Source of the DNA: Candidatus Magasanikbacteria bacterium RIFCSPHIGHO2_02_FULL_48_18
GTDB lineage: Bacteria > Patescibacteriota > Patescibacteriia > Magasanikbacterales > UBA922
Assembly: GCA_001784285.1 (NCBI GenBank)
Contig: MFQC01000008.1
Coordinates: 90,599 to 154,598 of the forward strand
DNA length: 64,000 bases
Direction: 5' to 3'
Shown: positions 59,519 to 64,000 of the stretch, piece by piece
Numbering within the stretch: the first letter of the stretch is position 1
How the letters are laid out: each line of letters opens with the position of its first letter
The notes under the pieces: model-generated
Seen by the model: the letters and a program-made list of their open reading frames with translations, nothing else
Database searches by the model: none
Told to the model about the DNA's origin: nothing
Translations under genes and position numbers: made by a program

Positions 59519-61840
59519 CTATTCAACCGACCGCCAATATATCCCGCCGCCGCGAGTGCCTACGTACAAGATGTTGTTTTCAGTATCAAGTTCAAGGGAA
59601 AAAGCTCCTGCATGATTCAGACCTTCATTAAAAGGCTGCCACGTTGCTCCGCCATCACTACTTACATAAACGCCATGGTCGCCAACCAAGCCTCTAGAAG
59701 TAACTAGCCGAAAATAGTCAACTGTCGCGGCGTATACAACATTGCTTTTTTTTGGGTTTACCACAATGTCACCAACTCCATAATTTTTGGGTAGTTGCGG
59801 TATCTCGAGTTTCTCCCACAAAGCTCCGCCATCATTGCTCTTATACATTCCATCATCGTCTGTGCCTAGATAAAGTATATTTGGATCATTGGGGTCTAAA
59901 GCGATAGTATTCGTCTCTCTTGTTTCCAGCCCTGCATTTATTTTTTTCCAGCTACTTCCATAGTCTGTGCTCTTAAACACACCTGACCCGTTGCCGGTTT
60001 TCTCTGAAAAGTTTGTGGACCCTTGTGTGGTCACGTAGACGGTAGAGGGATTATTCTTATCGACAATAATTTTGCTCACATGCACATCGGTTTCAAAACC
60101 CGCATTCGCCTCCTTCCAACTTTTGCCGCCGTCTTCACTGATTGATATTCCGACGCCGCTCGGTGAATACTGGTCTCCACCGCCTCCAATATACATGCGG
60201 TCCGGGTTTGAAGGATCAAAAGCAATGCCATGGAAATGCGCGATTCCGGGAAGCAAACCGGAATCTTTAAAAAACGCTTCGGCGGCGCGCTCCCAAGTCA
60301 GCCCGCCGTCAAGACTGGCATATACTCCGCCGTTGGTTGTAATAAACACGGTTTGGGGGTCTGTTGGGTGCGTTGCAATAAGCATGACGTAGGGGTTTTC
60401 TAAATTGTAGGAGGAAAATGTCCAGCTCTGTCCTTGATCCGTGCTTTTGAACATGCCGAGTGAATATGTGCCGGCGTAAAGCGCGCCGTCCGCGGCTTTT
60501 ACAATATCCACCACTTCGCTTCCTATAAAACCATTATTTCTTTCGTGCCAATGCTGGCCCGCATCCTCTGTGTGGAAAAGGCCTTGTCTGCCGGCAATGA
60601 ATACTTCATCGCTATCCTCGCCTGTTGCCAATCTTTCTATGCCAGAATTCGAGATGAACGGCTGGTCGTGAGTGAAGAAAAAATTTTTCCATGTTTTTCC
60701 GCCATCTTCTGTTTTAAAAATTTTTCTGGAGAAAATGGCATACGCAATATCCGGATTATTGTCGTCTATAAAAATGCCTCCTTCCGAGGGGTCAAAATAC
60801 GATGCCGGAAGCTGTTGCCAGGTTTCACCCACATCAGCGCTTTTGTACACGCCGGCGCACTTCTCTTTTTCTCGTTTGGTAGCCTTTGGGTCTTCTTTGC
60901 CGGCTACCTCAAAACAAGTGAAGTCTTCATACACGCCGACTCTTGCGTAGATTTCATTCGGACGTTGAGGATGTATGGTAAGGTCCAATATATCCGTTCT
61001 ATGAAACGTTTGGTCAACTCTTCGCCAATTGCGCCCTTGGTCTTCGCTTTTGAACAATGCCGAATTCGTGCCGGAAAATACAATGTTCTCAAGAGTAGGA
61101 TGAGGTTCAATGACTTTTATCCAATTTTTTGATTCTTCTGGAATGCCTGCCCAGACAGGTTCCACGCTCCACTCGGTTTCTGGCAAAAATGATGCCCTCG
61201 TCCAATTTTTCCCATCATCAGACGATACAAAAAGCGTTCCTTTTCCCTCCGAAACAGCGCCCACAAAAATAAGAGATGGGTTTGCCTTGCTCATGGCAAC
61301 CGACGTATACGAATCGGCTTCAAGCTCAATTTTCTGCCAGGTTGTGCCTCCATTCCATGTAATAAAAGGTGTATCGGCGATAAAGGCAATATTGTTCGTG
61401 TTATTTGGGTCCACCGCAACATCGAGCACGCGCTTATTGGTGCCTCCCAGCGCTTTCCATGCTAAACCCTTGTTTGTGACCTCAAAAATGCCATTGCCCC
61501 CAAGTTCGTATGTAAACGATGTCGCCGCCCACAACGTATCGCCCACTTTTTCCAAATCAGTTATCAGGCCGCCGTATGGGCCGTTTACTTGGGTCCATCT
61601 ATCGACGCTGATTTTGGTTTGCGGACAATCTTGAACACAACGTGCGCTATTTTCTCCAATCTCGCATGCGGCGTTTCCGCATGTTCTTGCGGCAAGGTAG
61701 TCGGCGAGGGGCTTCGGAAGTTTTTCTGTCTCTTTTTCTTCATTCTGTACTTCGGAAGAAGAAATATTTTTATAAACAAAAAAAATTCCTGGGCCCAAAA
61801 CGATTAGAATGATGAAAGCGATTGAAATTTTTGTTTTCAT
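59519..61840 (-). CDS. Membrane-anchored BNR/Asp-box beta-propeller protein (VPS10/GH74-like fold)
   Basis: Many S.D.G.TW repeats; N-terminal TM; CGNAACEIGENSARCVQDC motif. Confidence 0.85.
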   Translation of the reverse strand: MKTKISIAFIILIVLGPGIFFVYKNISSSEVQNEEKETEKLPKPLADYLAARTCGNAACEIGENSARCVQDCPQTKISVDRWTQVNGPYGGLITDLEKVGDTLWAATSFTYELGGNGIFEVTNKGLAWKALGGTNKRVLDVAVDPNNTNNIAFIADTPFITWNGGTTWQKIELEADSYTSVAMSKANPSLIFVGAVSEGKGTLFVSSDDGKNWTRASFLPETEWSVEPVWAGIPEESKNWIKVIEPHPTLENIVFSGTNSALFKSEDQGRNWRRVDQTFHRTDILDLTIHPQRPNEIYARVGVYEDFTCFEVAGKEDPKATKREKEKCAGVYKSADVGETWQQLPASYFDPSEGGIFIDDNNPDIAYAIFSRKIFKTEDGGKTWKNFFFTHDQPFISNSGIERLATGEDSDEVFIAGRQGLFHTEDAGQHWHERNNGFIGSEVVDIVKAADGALYAGTYSLGMFKSTDQGQSWTFSSYNLENPYVMLIATHPTDPQTVFITTNGGVYASLDGGLTWERAAEAFFKDSGLLPGIAHFHGIAFDPSNPDRMYIGGGGDQYSPSGVGISISEDGGKSWKEANAGFETDVHVSKIIVDKNNPSTVYVTTQGSTNFSEKTGNGSGVFKSTDYGSSWKKINAGLETRETNTIALDPNDPNILYLGTDDDGMYKSNDGGALWEKLEIPQLPKNYGVGDIVVNPKKSNVVYAATVDYFRLVTSRGLVGDHGVYVSSDGGATWQPFNEGLNHAGAFSLELDTENNILYVGTRGGGIYWRSVE

Positions 61841-61865
61841 ATGCCTTGGTGTTTTGTTCTCTTAG

Positions 61866-61949
61866 TGCCGAGAGCGGGATTCGAACCCGCGAGCCCTGGA
61901 GGGCAAGAGATTTTAAGTCTCTCGTGTTTACCAGCTTCACCATCTCGGC
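61866..61949 (-). tRNA. tRNA-Leu (TAA)
   Basis: GCCGAGATGGTGAAGCTGGTAAACACG-AGAGA-CTTAAAA-TCTCT, long variable arm, GGTTCGAATCCC. Confidence 0.95.
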
Positions 61950-61963
61950 GCAGCGACACTGTA

Positions 61964-62110
61964 TCATACGTTCCTGTCTTGATCAAGATTTAATTTTTTT
62001 ATTTTCTTCAAAATCGGACACGCATCATGCCGGCACCGCGCGGGGCAATAGTCCCGGCCATATTGGATCATTCGGAGGGTTAAAGTAGTCCATTCTGAGC
62101 CTGGAAATAA
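61964..62110 (-). pseudogene. Endonuclease III (Nth)-like C-terminal remnant
   Basis: Frame reads LFPGSEWTTLTLRMIQYGRDYCPARCRHDACPIL directly after an in-frame TGA; the N-terminal part is missing. Confidence 0.6.
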
Positions 62111-62121
62111 TCAATCCGAGG

Positions 62122-63372
62122 TTATTCCATCCGGAGTGCATCAATTGGGTGAAGATGCGCCGCTTTTTTTGCGGGATACAGGCCAAAAAGAATTCCCACG
62201 GCCATGGAAAAGCTCACTCCGAGCACAATGGAAAAAAATGGTATGGTGAACGACCATGCCAAATGCATATACCGCGCAATTGCGGCAATGCCATACGCAA
62301 CCGCTGAACCCAGGAGCACCCCGGCAATGCCGCCCGCAACCGTAAGGACGACCGCTTCAATAAGAAACTGGGAAAGAATGGCAGTCGTCGTTGCGCCGGT
62401 CGCCTTTCTGAGGCCGATTTCAAATGTTCTCTCCGCAACCGACACATACATCACATTCATAATGCCGACACCTCCGACCAAAAGAGAAATGGCGGCAAGC
62501 GCGATAAGAAGCCAGGTTATTGCAGTGAGGATGGTGTCCACAATATCGGTGGCTTCTTTCATTGTGGTTACCGAAAAGTCATCCTTTTCCGGAGCGGGAA
62601 TATTATGCCTCTCCCGCACGAGGTATCGGATTTCTTCCGCAGTATTTTCCGCTTTGGTGTTGTCGCGGGTTTGCGCGATAATGAAAAGAATGTGTTCAAC
62701 CCCCATCAGTTTTTTTTGCGTTGTTTGAAGCGGAAGATAGACCATTTTGTCTCGATTAAAAAATCCGGCATTGCCGAGTTTTTCCATACTGCCAATCACT
62801 TCATACGGCTTCCCTTCGATTTTTACGATTTTTCCAATGGGGTTGTTATTGCCAAATAAAACGTCTTCGACCTCAGAGCCGATAACGACCACTTGAGACG
62901 CGGCCATGTCTTCGGATTCGGTAAAAAATCGTCCCGACGCGAGCGCGCTTTTATCAATAGCAAGATACGATGCCGTTACGCCGAAAATCATGGGGCGAAT
63001 TTTTTCATTTTGGTAGGCGAGGACGGCTTGGGTCGTGATGCCCGCATAGGCATTTTGTATATTGTTGAGTTTTTTGATTGCGTCTGCGTCTTCTTTTTTG
63101 AGCGTGGTAATATTCACTCCATGCGCGAGATCGCTCGCATTTTTTTGCGAATTTTTTTTCGTCTCCGGGACTTTAATTTCAATATCAATCCAATTGTCTC
63201 CAAAGCTCGAAATTTGATCCGTAATAATGCCGCGGACGCCTTCTCCAGCAGAAAAGACGACGATGACCATGCCAATACCGATGGTAATGCCAAACACCGT
63301 CAGGCTCGATCGGAGTTTTGTTTTACGGAGCATGGAGAGGCCGAGCAAAAATGACGTGATGATATTATTCAT
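62122..63372 (-). CDS. MacB/FtsX-type ABC permease
   Basis: RSSLT..GI.IG, GGVGIMNVM..SV.ERT.EIGLRKA.GA, FGLYPA. Confidence 0.93.
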   Translation of the reverse strand: MNNIITSFLLGLSMLRKTKLRSSLTVFGITIGIGMVIVVFSAGEGVRGIITDQISSFGDNWIDIEIKVPETKKNSQKNASDLAHGVNITTLKKEDADAIKKLNNIQNAYAGITTQAVLAYQNEKIRPMIFGVTASYLAIDKSALASGRFFTESEDMAASQVVVIGSEVEDVLFGNNNPIGKIVKIEGKPYEVIGSMEKLGNAGFFNRDKMVYLPLQTTQKKLMGVEHILFIIAQTRDNTKAENTAEEIRYLVRERHNIPAPEKDDFSVTTMKEATDIVDTILTAITWLLIALAAISLLVGGVGIMNVMYVSVAERTFEIGLRKATGATTTAILSQFLIEAVVLTVAGGIAGVLLGSAVAYGIAAIARYMHLAWSFTIPFFSIVLGVSFSMAVGILFGLYPAKKAAHLHPIDALRME

Positions 63373-64000
63373 AGCGAAGCGCGTCTACCGGGTTGAGCCG
63401 GGCCGCTTTCACGGCCGGCGCCACCCCAAAGATTAGCCCAATGCCTCCAGCGACAGCGACCGACACCAGGAGAGAAAGAGGAGAAATAATAAAACTATAA
63501 TCGTAATCGAGCGATTGGACCACGCGCGCGATTGCAAAAGAAAGGGTAACGCCGATAAGGATGCCCGCAATGCCGGCGGCCAAGGAAATAATAATCGTTT
63601 CAATGAGGAATTGAGCAAGGATATCCTGTCGGCGCGCGCCGACCGCTTTTCGGAGGCCGATTTCTCTGGTTTTTTCTTTCACGGCAATGAGCATAATATT
63701 CATGATACCCACGCCGCCGACAAACAATGAGACGGCCGCCACCGCGACCAAAAAAAATCGCATGCCATTTGTAATCGCGGTGAGAATGTCAAGCGCGTCG
63801 GCGACGTTGCGGACGGAAAAATCTTCGTCGTTATGCCGTTCGATAAGGGTTTGCCGCACAGCCTCGCTTGCCTCATCCACGTACGATGTATCTGTGACGC
63901 GCAGGCGGATGAATGACACATGCCGGACGCCGAGGAGATCTTGCTGGGCGGTTTTGAGCGGAATGAGGACAGCGGTATCCGGATTTTCAAATCCATCCGA
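63365..64000 (-). CDS. MacB/FtsX-type ABC permease (5' truncated by window edge)
   Basis: GGVGIMNIML..V.EKTREIGLRKAVGA, PVDALRYE. Confidence 0.9.
   Translation of the reverse strand, partial: SDGFENPDTAVLIPLKTAQQDLLGVRHVSFIRLRVTDTSYVDEASEAVRQTLIERHNDEDFSVRNVADALDILTAITNGMRFFLVAVAAVSLFVGGVGIMNIMLIAVKEKTREIGLRKAVGARRQDILAQFLIETIIISLAAGIAGILIGVTLSFAIARVVQSLDYDYSFIISPLSLLVSVAVAGGIGLIFGVAPAVKAARLNPVDALRYE

Noticed and set aside
61866-61949. Intron in tRNA-Leu(UAA), the classic group I host
   Set aside because: The anticodon loop is intact and uninterrupted

Overview
Chromosomal segment of a bacterium using genetic code 11 (TGA is a stop codon). Gene content and style (short spacers, mostly no Shine-Dalgarno, type IV pilus locus, lamin-tail surface protein, 3D protein, DsbA/VKOR) suggest Patescibacteria/CPR, which is an inference. 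The window spans the likely replication origin (dnaN-dnaA-rpmH-rnpA-yidD, with DnaA boxes on both sides of dnaA). It contains five tRNA genes, one of them a tRNA-fMet interrupted by a group I intron cut by the window edge. It also carries a pil cluster, PBP1A, tig, comM, lspA, ruvB, NrdR-boxed nrdAB, an adenosine kinase/ahcY/gpmI run and an array of six ABC-2 permeases sharing one ATPase. The most notable items are: (1) an unexplained ~370-nt highly structured transcription unit at 29.0-29.4 kb with its own consensus promoter and terminator, next to a tract with three 15-bp repeats and DnaA boxes and a GC-rich 19-repeat Cys-rich lipoprotein; (2) the tRNA-fMet group I intron; (3) the 3x(A+B) permease array; (4) a possible polymorphic-toxin-like gene pair downstream of tRNA-Leu; (5) small embedded elements: a heptamer tandem/inverted repeat in the pilin operon, an in-frame palindrome in gpmI and an nth remnant. 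All calls come from visual motif recognition and no searches were run.
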